Shown here piece after piece: positions 36,800 to 48,057 of a DNA stretch of 64,000 nt. The stretch spans positions 34,622-98,621 of the forward strand of contig QPMI01000537.1 in assembly GCA_004431415.1 (NCBI GenBank), read 5' to 3'. A program made the translations under genes and the position numbers. Below the pieces are notes generated by a model that did not search any database, was not told where the DNA came from, and saw only the letters and a program-made list of their open reading frames with translations. Origin of the DNA: Cyanophora paradoxa CCMP329. Lineage: Eukaryota > Plantae > Glaucophyta. Numbering within the stretch: position 1 is the first letter of the stretch; the number at the start of each line of letters is the position of its first letter.

Positions 36800-39700
36800 T
36801 GCAGGGCGTCTGGCTCCTGAGGAACCGCCTCAAGTGCAAGCTCTCCGCGGCCAATACCGGTCGCGGTCTGCGGCGCGGAACCCGCCGAAGCGCGACCGCG
36901 GCCGCGGCCACGGCCGGCGCCGGCCCTGCAGCATCCCCCTTTCCCGTGTCGGTCGCAGCTCCGGCCGCGGCGCCGGCCACGGCGCCCGTCGCGGCAGCCA
37001 ACGCTGTGTCCGTCAAGACTCCGCCCCATATCGGGATCGGCTCCTTTTCGTGCACGTGCACGCCCGCTAGCGTGTGCAGCGCGTGCACGGATCTCGTCTC
37101 TACCTTGCACGAGTACCTCGGCCGCCTGCCCTCCAAGCTGCGCGACTACGCTGCAGACATGCAGGTTCGGCGCCCTCGCCCTCTCGCATCTTCCCGCTCC
37201 TCACTGCCCGGCGCAGGAGTACCTAAACACGCTCGAGCAGACCGTCGGGCCGAAGCACGCCCTGACCGCCGCCTGCTCGCTCCGCCTCGCCCTCGCCCGC
37301 GTCGATCTCCGGGAAATGGACGAGGCTGCCAGGCTCTACGAGGTACTTGTACGTGCCCTGGCCTGGATCGCTCGATCTTACGATCGCGGCGCCCCGCAGC
37401 GGGCGCGGGCGCTCTACGCCGAGGACGGGAGGCTGCGGGCGGCGAGCAGCCCCGGCGCCCTCGCCGAGCACGGCGAAGTCCTGGGCGGCGTCCACCACGC
37501 CAGGGGCGACCTTCCCTCCGCCAAGAGGGCCTACCTCGTTCGCCCCTTTGAAATCGGCTAGCCCAAGTTGGCATGGCCTCTTCTCTCTCACACACACACG
37601 TGCAGTGGGCCCTTTCGTGCCGCGAGGAGCGCCTGCGGCCGCCGCTCGTGCCGACGCCCGAGAGCTTGATCTACATGGCCAAGACGGAGTACCACCTCGG
37701 CGTCTGCGTTTTCCTCATGGGCGACAACGACGCCTCGGAGTCTTACTTCAAGATACTCCATAAATATTGATCATGACAAGCTTCCGCTGACTGCCCCCGC
37801 AGTCCGGCTACGCGCACGAGCGGGAGGCGGGGGGCGGGGCGGGGATCGCGCGGCGCTGCTGCGACCTGCCGGTCCACGCCTACCTCACCCTACTCGGGAG
37901 GGGGCACTCCGCCGCCGGCCGCCTGGACCGCCTCCACGACGTCATGCGGGTCCGTTATCGTACGACGCGGCCCGGCCCTGCCCTGGAGCTTAGCTTAAGC
38001 CCAGCCTAGATTAGAATCTTAGCTTAAGCTAAGCTTAGCTAAAGATAAAGCCTCGGCCGGTGCGGGCGTACGACGCGGCCGGGCCGGGGGCGGCGCCCGT
38101 GCTTAAGCTAAGCTTAAGCTTGCGCCGCCTCGGCCGACCCGGCCGGCCTGGCTTCGGCTGGGGCGGCGCCCGCGCTTCAGCCTTAGCTTCAGCCGCCTCG
38201 GCCGACCCGGCCGGCCTGGCTAAGCTTAAGCTCGAGTCGCCTCGCAGATGGCTGCGGCGATCGCGGAGCGCGGGCTGTGCCGCGCCTGCGTCGCGCGCGG
38301 CGACCTCGCCGGAGTCGCCAAGGCGTTCTCAAGCATCTGCTGCAAGCGCGGCGACTTCGCCAGCGCAGAGGCGTTCTTAGAGGTGGGCGGGCGATCCCGG
38401 CCCTCGCCTTGTGCTTGATAAGGACACCGAACGCGTGCCAGGCACGCGTGCCGGGGTTGCCCGGCAGGGCAGAGTCCTCCTCCTTAGACTATCTGCCCGC
38501 CGTCCTAGGCATAGCTATATAGCCTTCTGCCTGCGCGGCCTTAGACGTCGACGTCGCTGACGCCCTCTGCTCTACAGCGCCTCGTGGCGGAGACCGAACG
38601 GCTCCTGGGCGCCGAGCACCGCCGCCTCGGCTCGGCCCTCGTGCTCCTCGCCCGCTGCAAGCTGGACGCCGGCGAGCCGCCGGAGACCATCTACCCCCTC
38701 GCCCGCGTGCGCCCGGACCCGTCCCGTCCGGCCGACGCGCGCTGTACCCCTGCCGCTCGCTCACCTGAGCCGTACCGCAGCGCGGGTGGGGGGTTCTCAG
38801 GGCGACCCTGGGCGCAACCAGCCCTAGCCCCGAGGTCGAGGGGGCGATCATCCTGCTAGGGGAGCTGCTGAGCAGGGCGCCGCACTTGGACGCCGACAAG
38901 AGCGTCGATATCGTCCAGGTGCGTCCCGTTTTCGAATCCGCCCGGCCCGAACTGATGCATTAGTCTTAAGGCGTACGTGCCCGCAGCGCGTTCTGGACTG
39001 GGCATCGGCGAACGACCGCATGCCGGCGGTGAACATTGTGCTTCGGATACCACGGCACATCGCGGTCTCTCACTCAGGCCCGCCTTGCACCTCCCCGGCT
39101 GTGCATTTACCACGTAAAACCGGCAGGAGCGGGCACTCCCCAAGGAAACCCTCAGGGCGCGAATGGACAGCAGACTGGAGACGCGCAGGCGGGAGAAGGA
39201 AGAGCGGCAGCGGGCGGAGGAGGAGCGCGAGCGGGCGCGGCGGGAGGCCGAGCGCGCCGAGCGCGCCGCCCGCGACGCCGCCGACCGCGTGCGCCGTCTG
39301 AGCCGTCTGAGCCGTCTGAGCCGTCTGAGCTCGCCTTCGAATTCTGAGCTGCGCGGGGGCAGGAGGCGGCAAAGAGGCGTATGGGGGGCTCGCAGTGGGC
39401 CCCCGCTAAGAAGCTCCTTACGCGCCTTGACGCGCTTCTCAAGGTTAGTAAGCCTCTTTCCCCCCCTCCCGCCTCCTCCCCTCCTCCCCTACCCCCTCCC
39501 CCCCTCCCTTCGAATTCCGTCACACACACACACACACACACGCCCTCCCCGCCTCGAAATTAGAAAGCGCACCCCCTCCCCGGCCCTTACCCCAGCCGTC
39601 CACCCCTCCCCCCCCTCTCTCCCCCCTGCCTCCAAGAGTGCTGCCCCCCCCCCCCCCCCCCCCCCCCTCCCCCCCAATGCCTCTAAGAGGGGCGCGCAGC

Positions 39701-41017
39701 GATCGCCGGGCGACTTCGAGGGTCGCCTGCTCCGCATCCGTGCGCGAGCGAGCGAGCCGAGCCGAGCCGGTCCTCGGCTCTGATTTGATCTCGCTGACGG
39801 GCGGGCGGGCGGACCCGGGGGGGCGCAGAGTGCATGGCAGGGGCGGGCCAGCTCGAGGAGGCGGGGCGGGAGGCGGAGCGGGCCGAGCGGGCGCTCGCCG
39901 GCGCCGGCGCCAGCGCGGACGCCCTCCAGAGGTGCGCATGCGCGGTCCGGTCGCCCTCCCTCCAAGGCTCGACGGGCGCGCCCTGAGCCGCAGCGGCAGG
40001 GTTCAGGATCAGCGGCGCGTCATCGCGGGCGAGCTGCTGCAGCGCGAGGAGGCGAAGAAGCGGGAGGAGGCGCAGAGGCGGGAGGAAATGGCGGCGAAGA
40101 GGAAGGAGGAGGAAGAGGAGGCGCTGCGCGCGAAGGAACAGCGGCGCGCGCAGGAGCGGCGGCAGCTGCAGCGGAAGGAGCAGAAGCGAGAAGAGGCGCG
40201 CCCGCAGGCGGAGGGAGCCGAGCGGCAGCGTGCGGCGGAGCAGCTGCAGCAGCGGAGGCGCGAGGAAGAGCGGCGGGCCGCGCAGGCAGCTGCAGCCGCG
40301 GCAGCGCCAGCGGAGACCTCAAGCCCGCCGCCTTCCGAGGCCGGCCCCAGCTCGGGCCGTTGGTCGGAGGCTGCGGCTGCGGCTGCCGCCTGCCGCTTCT
40401 TCGCGAGGGGCCTCTGCCGCAACGGCGACCGCTGCCGGTGCGGGAGGTTGGGCGGGCCGGGGCTTCGAATTCCCCGCGCGCCCCTAGCCTCTCGCGCGGT
40501 CGTCCCGCCCCTCTGTCGACTGTTTGTTTGGCAGGTACCGGCACGAGGCGAGGGCGGACGCCGGGGCGGGGGCGGGCGACCTCGAGCCTGGGCCCGCGCC
40601 GGCGCCTTTCGCGGCCCCCGAGGGGCAGATCCAGGGCCCGCGGGCGAGCCCGGGCCCGAGTGCGCCATCTGCCTCGGGCCCCTGTCTGCCGGCCCGCCCG
40701 CCGCCGCCCTCCCCTGCCGCCGTGCGCCCCGCACCCAAAGCGTCTCTTGCTTCTCTAATTATAATGCCTAAGATTTACCTTGCGCTTGCATCTCCGCAGA
40801 CCGCTTCCACGGCCCCTGCATCGAGGCGTGGAGAAGGGCGATCGCGAGCTCGGGCGGGGCCGCCGCCGGCCGCCGCCCCTGCCCCTTCCGCTGCCCCTCC
40901 CGGCGCGCCCCACTCGGCCCTACCTGCCCCCGGCCTCTTCTCCACTCGAGCCTCTTCCCAGTAATTTATTCGCCTTTCAGGCGTTTAGCTTGCAATTGCT
41001 GCACGACAGCCGATTAG
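36800..41017 (+). CDS. TPR-repeat protein with coiled coil, CCCH zinc finger and C-terminal RING-H2 (putative E3 ligase); start uncertain (may extend to ~36290)
   Basis: TPR-like LGGVHHARGDLPSAKRAY, YHLGVCVFLMGDNDASESYF, RLLGAEHRRLGSALVLLA; CRFFARGLCRNGDRCRYRH (CCCH); CAICL...LPC-HRFHGPCIEAW...CPFRC (RING-H2). Confidence 0.75.
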
Positions 41018-41515
41018 CTGACGTCTTATCGTCTGCTCTGACCTATAGCTATATATATCAAGGGGGGTCGACTGCTTTTCCCCGCAGCGCTGGCAAACGC
41101 ACAAGCACACTGCGACCGCATGTAAAGCGCAGGCTGCGCAGCCCGCCGAGCGATCGACTCGGCGACCTGCTGCCGGCGCCGCTACGGCATGCGCAGCCGC
41201 GCGCTAGATATGCAGCTGCGGGCCTAGGCGCGAACGGTACCGACAGCTTGCATGTGATCATGACCAGGACAGTCGGATATCTAGATCTTATAAATCAACC
41301 GCGCGACCCTGAGAAGAGGGCGCCGCGCGGGGGAGGGGGCGCGGCCCAGCGCGGCTCTAGCTTGCTAGCTTGGTCCTAAGAAACCTGGTCTTGCAGCCCC
41401 AGAACGACCCTAAGAAGAGGGCGCCGGGCGGGGGCGAGGCGCGATGCTCTAGCTTGGCCGGCCCGGGCGGGGGTGGGGGTGGGGCGGGGGGCGCCGCGCA
41501 GGCCGTGAACAGTTC

Positions 41516-42519
41516 GCATTTGGACACGTACTCAAAACGCAGGTCCGGGCTACAAGTGTGGGAATGTACACTGCGGCCGCCGCGGCCGCGGGCCCAGCCC
41601 ACCAGCGAACTGGCCGGCCGGGCCCTGCGTGGCCCCCTAAGGAGAGTAATGCGCCTCCCCGCGGACACTCTGGCTAGCTAAATAGCTACATGTGCCCGCA
41701 TGCGCGGCGTGGTGCTGCATCGCGTCTTGTGGCGGCGGGGGTCGTCTAGGGCGGTGGCGGGAGCCCCTACAGGCCCATGGAGGGAACCCGACATGAGGTC
41801 AGCCTGCGGTGGGCGCGAAGAGGGGTCAGATCGTAATCCAAAATCAAAACAAACGGGCCGCACTCGATCGACGAGCCTCCCACCCAGAGGAGCGCCTGCG
41901 CGGGCGGAGGACGATCAGCCGCCGAGCAGGCCGACGCTCCAGGGCACCTGCGCGCGCGGTGCGCACCTGGGGCGCGTCTTGGACGGGAGCCCCTACAGGC
42001 CCTGTGGGGGGCCCGACATGGAGTCAGCCTGCGCCGGAGGGCGAAAAAGGGGGTCAGATCGATATATCGAAAAAGCCTTTGTTTTCAAAGGGAACGGGGC
42101 GCACTCGATCGACGTGCCTCCCGCCAAAGGCGAACGCCTGCGCGCCGAAGGGCGCAACGATGCATCAGAGGACCATCGCGGCAGGACTTCATGAAGGACC
42201 AGGGCGCAGAACGAACTGGGCATTTGCTCGAGCACGATGGATGTGCCCGAAGCCTCGCCAGGCCGCGCGGAGGCGGCCCGCCGCTGATTCTGGTGACCTG
42301 TAACGCGTGCATTCGCTGAGCATGCGGACCACGATGAGGGGGAAGACGACGGGAAGACGCCAACGCACCTTGCAATGCTGCACGGAATGGAATGTGACCG
42401 CGAAACCAGTGTTGACCTGCTATATACGTGGTTCATAATGCAACGTTTCAGCTTTCGACTTTCGAGCATGAAAGGCGAGGGAAAAAGTGGTTTTCGAGGG
42501 GAAAACGTAAGGAGGTCGG
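41516..42519 (+). mobile_element. Dispersed repeat element, copy B, flanked by an 11-bp direct repeat GTGAACAGTTC (candidate TSD)
   Basis: Matches the reverse complement of 12281-13562; GTGAACAGTTC at 41505-41515 and 42520-42530. Confidence 0.6.
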
Positions 42520-42722
42520 GTGAACAGTTCCGCTTCGAATTTAAATTTAAATCATTGAGTCTTGTTGAAATCATTGAATTGCATTCCACTCCTAGAGATC
42601 TCCTCTCCTCTAGATCTCCTCTCGCTGCACGCGCGCGCATGCGCAGCTTCAGCTGCAGGCGCCCCCGCGAATATGGTGCGCCGTCTATCTGCATCACCGA
42701 TGCGGACCGCTGATGCCTGCAT

Positions 42723-43003
42723 TGTCGCATCCGACATTATAGCGGATGCTCATTTATATGTGAGCCGCTAGGGCTCTAGATCACGTCAGCCTTCGAGCTG
42801 CTGGACCGACGGCGCCTAGGCTAGTTAGAGCGCCGCGGTCACTTGTATTTGTGTCGGGGTACGCCGTATCTGGACGGGTACACCCAGTGAGTTGGATCTT
42901 AGCGACTACAGCAGCGACACTCGCCATTCCCCGCCCTGCCGAGCTTGCACTCCGCACGGGCTTCCCGCGCGCACGATTAGACACACTAATCTCGCACGCG
43001 ACA
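42723..43003 (+). repeat. 5' LTR (281 bp)
   Basis: TG...CA, direct repeat of 47670-47949. Confidence 0.95.
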
Positions 43004-43028
43004 GGCGCCATTCTGCCGGAATCGAACC
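43004..43028 (+). other. Primer-binding site, complementary to a tRNA 3' end through the T-loop
   Basis: GGCGCCATTCTGCCGGAATCGAACC; reverse complement GGTTCGATTCCGGCAGAATGGCGCC is T-loop + stems + G + CC. Confidence 0.7.
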
Positions 43029-43478
43029 TTCAAGGGTCGCTGGACTTCCAGGCTCTGCCCGCGCCGCGCGCCTCGCCGCGCCGCCTCGCATAAGCTTAAA
43101 GAGATCTGGGACGAGCTTTCCGGCGACCGCCACTTGTGGCGTGCTACGCTGCACACTTCGGCCGCGTCGCCTCTGGGCGGGCTGATTGTGCTTCGGAAGT
43201 GACTCTAGTGTCCCTCGCGGGCTTCGGTGCATCCCCAGACCGAAGCGCACGCACGAGCTCTCGCGAGAGTCTCAATCATTGTCTGTGTCCCTTCGCCGGT
43301 TGCACGCTTCGCGTCGCACACTGTGCCCCGGAGTCTGCCAGCGGCAGTTCTCTGAGTGTCCCTGAGTCGGTTCTCGCACGCCACGAGAAGACCGTGTCCC
43401 GGATCTGCAGTGCGCTGCAGATCAAATCTTGTGCCCTGGCATTCTGTTCTCGTGGCTATACGCTGCAAAGAGAGCAAT

Positions 43479-45050
43479 ATGTCGAACACTTCTGAACTGA
43501 TCAGTTCTGAAGTCCGAAGCCGGCTGTCTGCCCTCGCGCACATCGAGCCCGCCCAGGGCTATGCTGCTGTGCATGTGCAGCAACTCGCTGCTGGCTCCGC
43601 CGCGGCGGATGATGATCCCGTGCGGATCGCATTCCTGCCTGCAAATCCGCGCCTCGCCGATGGCGACCGGTTCCGGAAGGACGTGCGGAACTTCCAGTCG
43701 TCCCTGCCGACGAAGTACTTGTTTGGCCCGGATTCTGCCGGTAGCCAGGAGTACTCAAAGTCAGAGGCGCTAGCCGGAGTGATTGTCGGGCGTATCCGCC
43801 CCGGAGCTCTCCGCGCTGAGATTGAGCGCAAGCGCGACCTCTATGAGGCCTCTGTCACTGCCCTCGAGCATGACCGTGCCAGGCTCGCTCGTCTCGAAGC
43901 TGTCCCGGCAGACCTGCGGTCCGCCGAGGATGATGCTGCTATCCTCACGCTGCAGCAGAGCTGTGTGCGTGATCAGGCCTCAATCGTGGCCGTGCGCGAC
44001 TCGTACTTGCGTGCCCCCGGGCTGCTTGACACGATCACTGCGTGGATTCATGAGACCCGCCCGCACGCGGCCCGCCGGGCTCTCACTGAGCCGTACACGG
44101 GCGAGGACCCCCGCTCGTGGCATGACTGGTTCTTGCCCCTCGTACGGCACACGCTGCCGCCGGGCCAGCAGTTTGCTGCGTACTACGCGGACTGCCTGCG
44201 CACCGCGCTCGAGGCCCGCTCGACGAGCGAGGACCCTGAATATCAGAACCTCGATGTTCGGATGGCCGGGTTCGCCCAGGCGAACGAGCGCACGCTGCGC
44301 GAGTTCCTCACGGCGCTGCGGCAGCGCCTCCTCGCCAATAACGGCGCTATCTCGCCGCTCGAGCTTGACAGTATTTTCGTCGAGCAGTGCAAGCGCCACG
44401 GCTGCCGCGCCGTGTTCCCGCCTGCGCTGGCAGCTGCCGATCGCGAGCTGCCCGAGGCAAAACGGACCCGTATCCTGCAGGCACAGTTTGCCGAGGATGA
44501 GTCCTCGTCCGCCGGCACCCCTGCCGCTGCACGAGCCTCGAGCTCCCCTGGCCCTGCTGAGCCTCGGGATGCAAATTCCAGGGCTCAGCCCTCGATTTCT
44601 GCACGTGGGTCCTCTTGGGCCGTGCAGTCCCGCTCGCCTGCCGCTGTTGCGGAGGTGCTGCGGCGCATGTCTGAGCTCGGGTACCCGGAGTACCCCCCCT
44701 CAGACTGCTACGGGTGCTCGGATGACCCCAGCGTCCCCGTTGAGGCGCGACGTCATTGGGCAAATGTGTGCCCCAAGCGCACCCCGTTCGCCCCAGTACG
44801 CCCCTGGGTCCGCCGCGGCCAGTACTATCGGCAAAAGCGATCCCAAGAGGATGCTGCCGACGAGCAAGAGTACTGGTCCGACGAGAGAAAACAGGACCCA
44901 GACGAAGTCTGCGGTCGCTGCGGCGAGGCAGGGCACCACCACAGTGCCTGCCCCGACCCCCCCACACGGGCTGCTCGCTCGAGCTCTGCGCTTCCCGCGC
45001 CCTCGAGCTCAGCGGCTCCACCCGCGCGCCCTGCGGCGGAGCGTGAGTGA
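43479..45050 (+). CDS. gag: Gag-like protein with zinc knuckles
   Basis: Intronless ORF inside the LTR element; CGRCGEAGHHHSAC (CX2CX4HX4C) and an atypical CYGC-x12-H-x4-C. Confidence 0.85.
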   Translation: MSNTSELISSEVRSRLSALAHIEPAQGYAAVHVQQLAAGSAAADDDPVRIAFLPANPRLADGDRFRKDVRNFQSSLPTKYLFGPDSAGSQEYSKSEALAGVIVGRIRPGALRAEIERKRDLYEASVTALEHDRARLARLEAVPADLRSAEDDAAILTLQQSCVRDQASIVAVRDSYLRAPGLLDTITAWIHETRPHAARRALTEPYTGEDPRSWHDWFLPLVRHTLPPGQQFAAYYADCLRTALEARSTSEDPEYQNLDVRMAGFAQANERTLREFLTALRQRLLANNGAISPLELDSIFVEQCKRHGCRAVFPPALAAADRELPEAKRTRILQAQFAEDESSSAGTPAAARASSSPGPAEPRDANSRAQPSISARGSSWAVQSRSPAAVAEVLRRMSELGYPEYPPSDCYGCSDDPSVPVEARRHWANVCPKRTPFAPVRPWVRRGQYYRQKRSQEDAADEQEYWSDERKQDPDEVCGRCGEAGHHHSACPDPPTRAARSSSALPAPSSSAAPPARPAAERE

Positions 45051-47657
45051 GCAAGTGCACCAGCTGCACTAGGGTCTGGCTGGCTTGGGCAGCCGCCAGA
45101 AAAGCCCTGCTCGTAACCGCGATCCGATTTTTCGCGGAGCCTGGGCCTCCCCTGCGAGAGCCCCATGTGTCGCTGTAATAAGCGGCCCATATACCTGCCT
45201 CTGAGCAGGGTGTATATTTGTACATTTGTACATAATTTCAGACGTCGGGGACGACGTCTTCCGAGAGGAGGAGTGAGCACGGGCATGCTGCACGAGCAGT
45301 GCAAGCGCTGCCGCTCGCCCTCCCGCCCCGAGGCTTGCTTGGATCTGTGGCCGCTGGCCAAGATCAAATAGCACTCGCGAAAGAAGAGCCCCAATCGCGT
45401 GCTGTCGAGCACCCTGAGCGGCCACGGGTGCCCCTCTTTCCGAGAGGAGGAGCACCCCTTTCGCCGAAGCCTGCGAAGAGGCGCCACGGCCGGTGCCGCA
45501 ATTGCGAGCCCTCCTGCTTGCCTCGATTTAGATCCATGGCCGGTGGCCGAGATCTGATCTCAAACCCCAACCGGGTACCAGTCTTTCCGAGAGGAGGAGT
45601 CCCTCCAAGACTCTCTCGTCGAAAGCCTGCGATTTCGCGCGGCGCACTGCAGTTGCTGAGCCTTGCGGTCAGAGCTTCAAAGGCTTGAGCCTGATCATGA
45701 GCCGAGCCGCCAAGCTGCAGCTGCAGCTGGCCCTCGCGGGAGGCTTTGAGCTCGAGCCCCCACACTCGAGCGAGCAAGCGGCCTTAGCAGAGATGAGGCG
45801 TGATCCACAGAGCCTTGAGCTCGGGATGCACTCTCAAGAGAAGCTCGATGCCTGAGGCACGATGCCCAGCCGGCGAGCGCCTGACGGCGTGCCGTGAGCT
45901 CGACAGGCGGCCCGTGAGCCCCTGCAAAAATTGTGAGCCTCCGAGCTCCAATGAAGGGCGAGCTTGAGCACAAGGTGCCCTCGAGAGCTCGAGCCCTGAA
46001 ATAAAGTCCCGGCACGCCCCGAGGCGGCCAGGCAATAGCAGGCTCTGCCATGAGCTTTGCAGTTCTTTGAACTCAAGTCCTGGTGACGCCCGCCAAGTTG
46101 GCGCCCAGGCCGCGCGAGTCTGTTCCGGGATCATCGGATCCGGACTGAACGTTAGCGGGGCGAGGGGCCCAGTGCCCAGCCCAAAGACCTGGTGAACTGC
46201 CCGACGAGTTGGCATCCAGGCGGCACACTGCGGCTGCACTGCGGCAGGCCGAGTGGTGCGACGGGCTGCGAGCCCTGCTCACAAGCTAAGAGCTTCGAGA
46301 CCCGGCGGCCAGCCTGTTGAGGCGGCGCCAGAAGGACACCCATGATTGCCAGTTGTGAGTCCGTCTCGCATGTGGCCGGTCCGGCCCCAGGGCGGTCGTG
46401 ACGGCGGGTGGTCCTGGCCAGGAGCGGCTTGAGAAAGCCGGCTCCCAGCCGCGTCCGGCCCCACACGAGGGCGAGGACAAGAAGCGGCGATACCTGCCTC
46501 CGAGCAGAGTGAGCGCAAGAGGCCACCCGTGAGGGGCTAGCGCTGGGCTGAGACGGGCCTCCGAGCCCCGCGAAACATCGCGAAAGTCCCGGGCAGAAAG
46601 GGTGAGCCACGGGCGGCCGGGGCCTTGAGCACAGCTCGGCACGGCGACAGGGCAAGCGTCCCTCAGTAAGTCCCGAGCGGAAGGATGAGCCGCGGGCGGC
46701 CGTTAGCCTTGAGCACAGCTCGGCGCGGTGACAGGGCGAGAGACCCTTGCAAAGACCTAGCCGAGCCCTAGGACGCGCCTTGCGTCTGCAGAAGGGTCGG
46801 TGGGCGGCTGTGACGCCGGGTTCTGCCCGGGTACAGCGACAGGGGATGACAAATTCCCCCTCCGTGTAAGACCTGGCGTGGTACCAGGGCGCGCCTTGCG
46901 CCGGCAGGGGTACACGCAGGCGGTCGTGACGCCGGGTTCCTGCCCCGGGTACGACGACGGGGAAGCAAAAATACCCCCAGCAGGGCTCCGCACCAGGGAC
47001 GCTTGGTGGCGGATCGCCTGAGAGGGCCACGTCCCCTTTTAATAGATGTGCACCCGCGGGTCGGGCAGGGTACCTCCCGTCGCGCAATGGCGTGGAAGGG
47101 CACCTTGTGGGCGCGTCTAGCCTCGCCCTGGAGATTCTAGCTCCACCGCCGTCGGGGATTCCCGATCCGACGCCGTGATAATGCAGTGAAGGCACGGTGT
47201 TTGCCTGAGCAGCGGCGCTAGTCGAGCTGCTTAGCCCTAAGTTTTGGGACGGGCATTTCGCTGTGGGCTGCTGAGCGCTGTCGCGAGCGCTGCGCCCCGC
47301 GTTGCTGTTGCAGCGTGTGCTTTCGCAGCTAACGTGCTGCACAATCGCGATGAGGGCAGGGCTCCCTCGGCTTCCGTCCCCTTCCGCTCGCCTCGTGCGG
47401 GTTACCTGGGCCGCCGGCCCGAAGTTGGACCTCGCCCCCTGGGCACTACACGCTGGAGTCGTGCCGCGCCGGCACTTGCCGGGCATCAGTCTTTTCTATT
47501 CCCGGCAGTCGACGCCGGGCATGGACATGTACATAGCCGGACTTGGTGTCTTTTCTATTCCGGCAGTTGCCGGACACGGACGGACGTTGAGCCTTTTTCG
47601 ATTCCGGCAGTAGCCGGTCGATATGTATTTATTTAGACCCGCGCGGACGCGGGATCC

Positions 47658-47668
47658 GAGAGGAGGAG
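47658..47668 (+). other. Polypurine tract
   Basis: GAGAGGAGGAG one base upstream of the 3' LTR. Confidence 0.85.
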
Positions 47669-47669
47669 T

Positions 47670-47949
47670 TGTCGCATCCGACATTATAGCGGATGCTCAT
47701 TTATATGTGAGCCGCTAGGGCTCTAGATCACGTCAGCCTTCGAGCTGCTGGACCGACGGCGCCTAGGCTAGTTAGAGCGCCGCGGTCACTTGTATTTGTG
47801 TCGGGGTACGCCGTATCTGGACGGGTACACCCAGTGAGTTGGATCTTAGCGACTACAGCAGCGACACTCGCCATTCCCCGCCCTGCCGAGCTTGCACTCC
47901 GCACGGGCTTCCGCGCGCACGATTAGACACACTAATCTCGCACGCGACA
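47670..47949 (+). repeat. 3' LTR (280 bp)
   Basis: TG...CA, followed by TSD TGCAT. Confidence 0.95.
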
Positions 47950-48057
47950 TGCATGCGAAAATCCGATTTTCGCAGCCGGAGACACGATCGAGGGCCAAGC
48001 GCCGCGGCTTCAGTGGCCCCAACGCCGCGGCGTCAGTGGCCCAACGCCGAAGCGGAA

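Larger units (their letters stand above)
42723..47949 (+). mobile_element. Intact young non-autonomous (gag-only) LTR retrotransposon
   Basis: LTRs at 42723-43003 and 47670-47949 are identical except one C and have TGTCGC...GCGACA ends; 5-bp TSD TGCAT (42718-42722, 47950-47954); PBS after the 5' LTR; PPT before the 3' LTR; gag ORF; no RT/IN motifs seen. Confidence 0.95.

Noticed and set aside
43004-43050. tRNA gene on the minus strand
   Set aside because: Only the T-loop and 3' stem are present, with no D-arm or 5' acceptor strand; its position identifies it as a PBS
46152-47486. 444-aa minus-strand ORF as pol or env
   Set aside because: No RT, RNaseH, integrase or protease motifs; composition typical of a GC-rich shadow ORF
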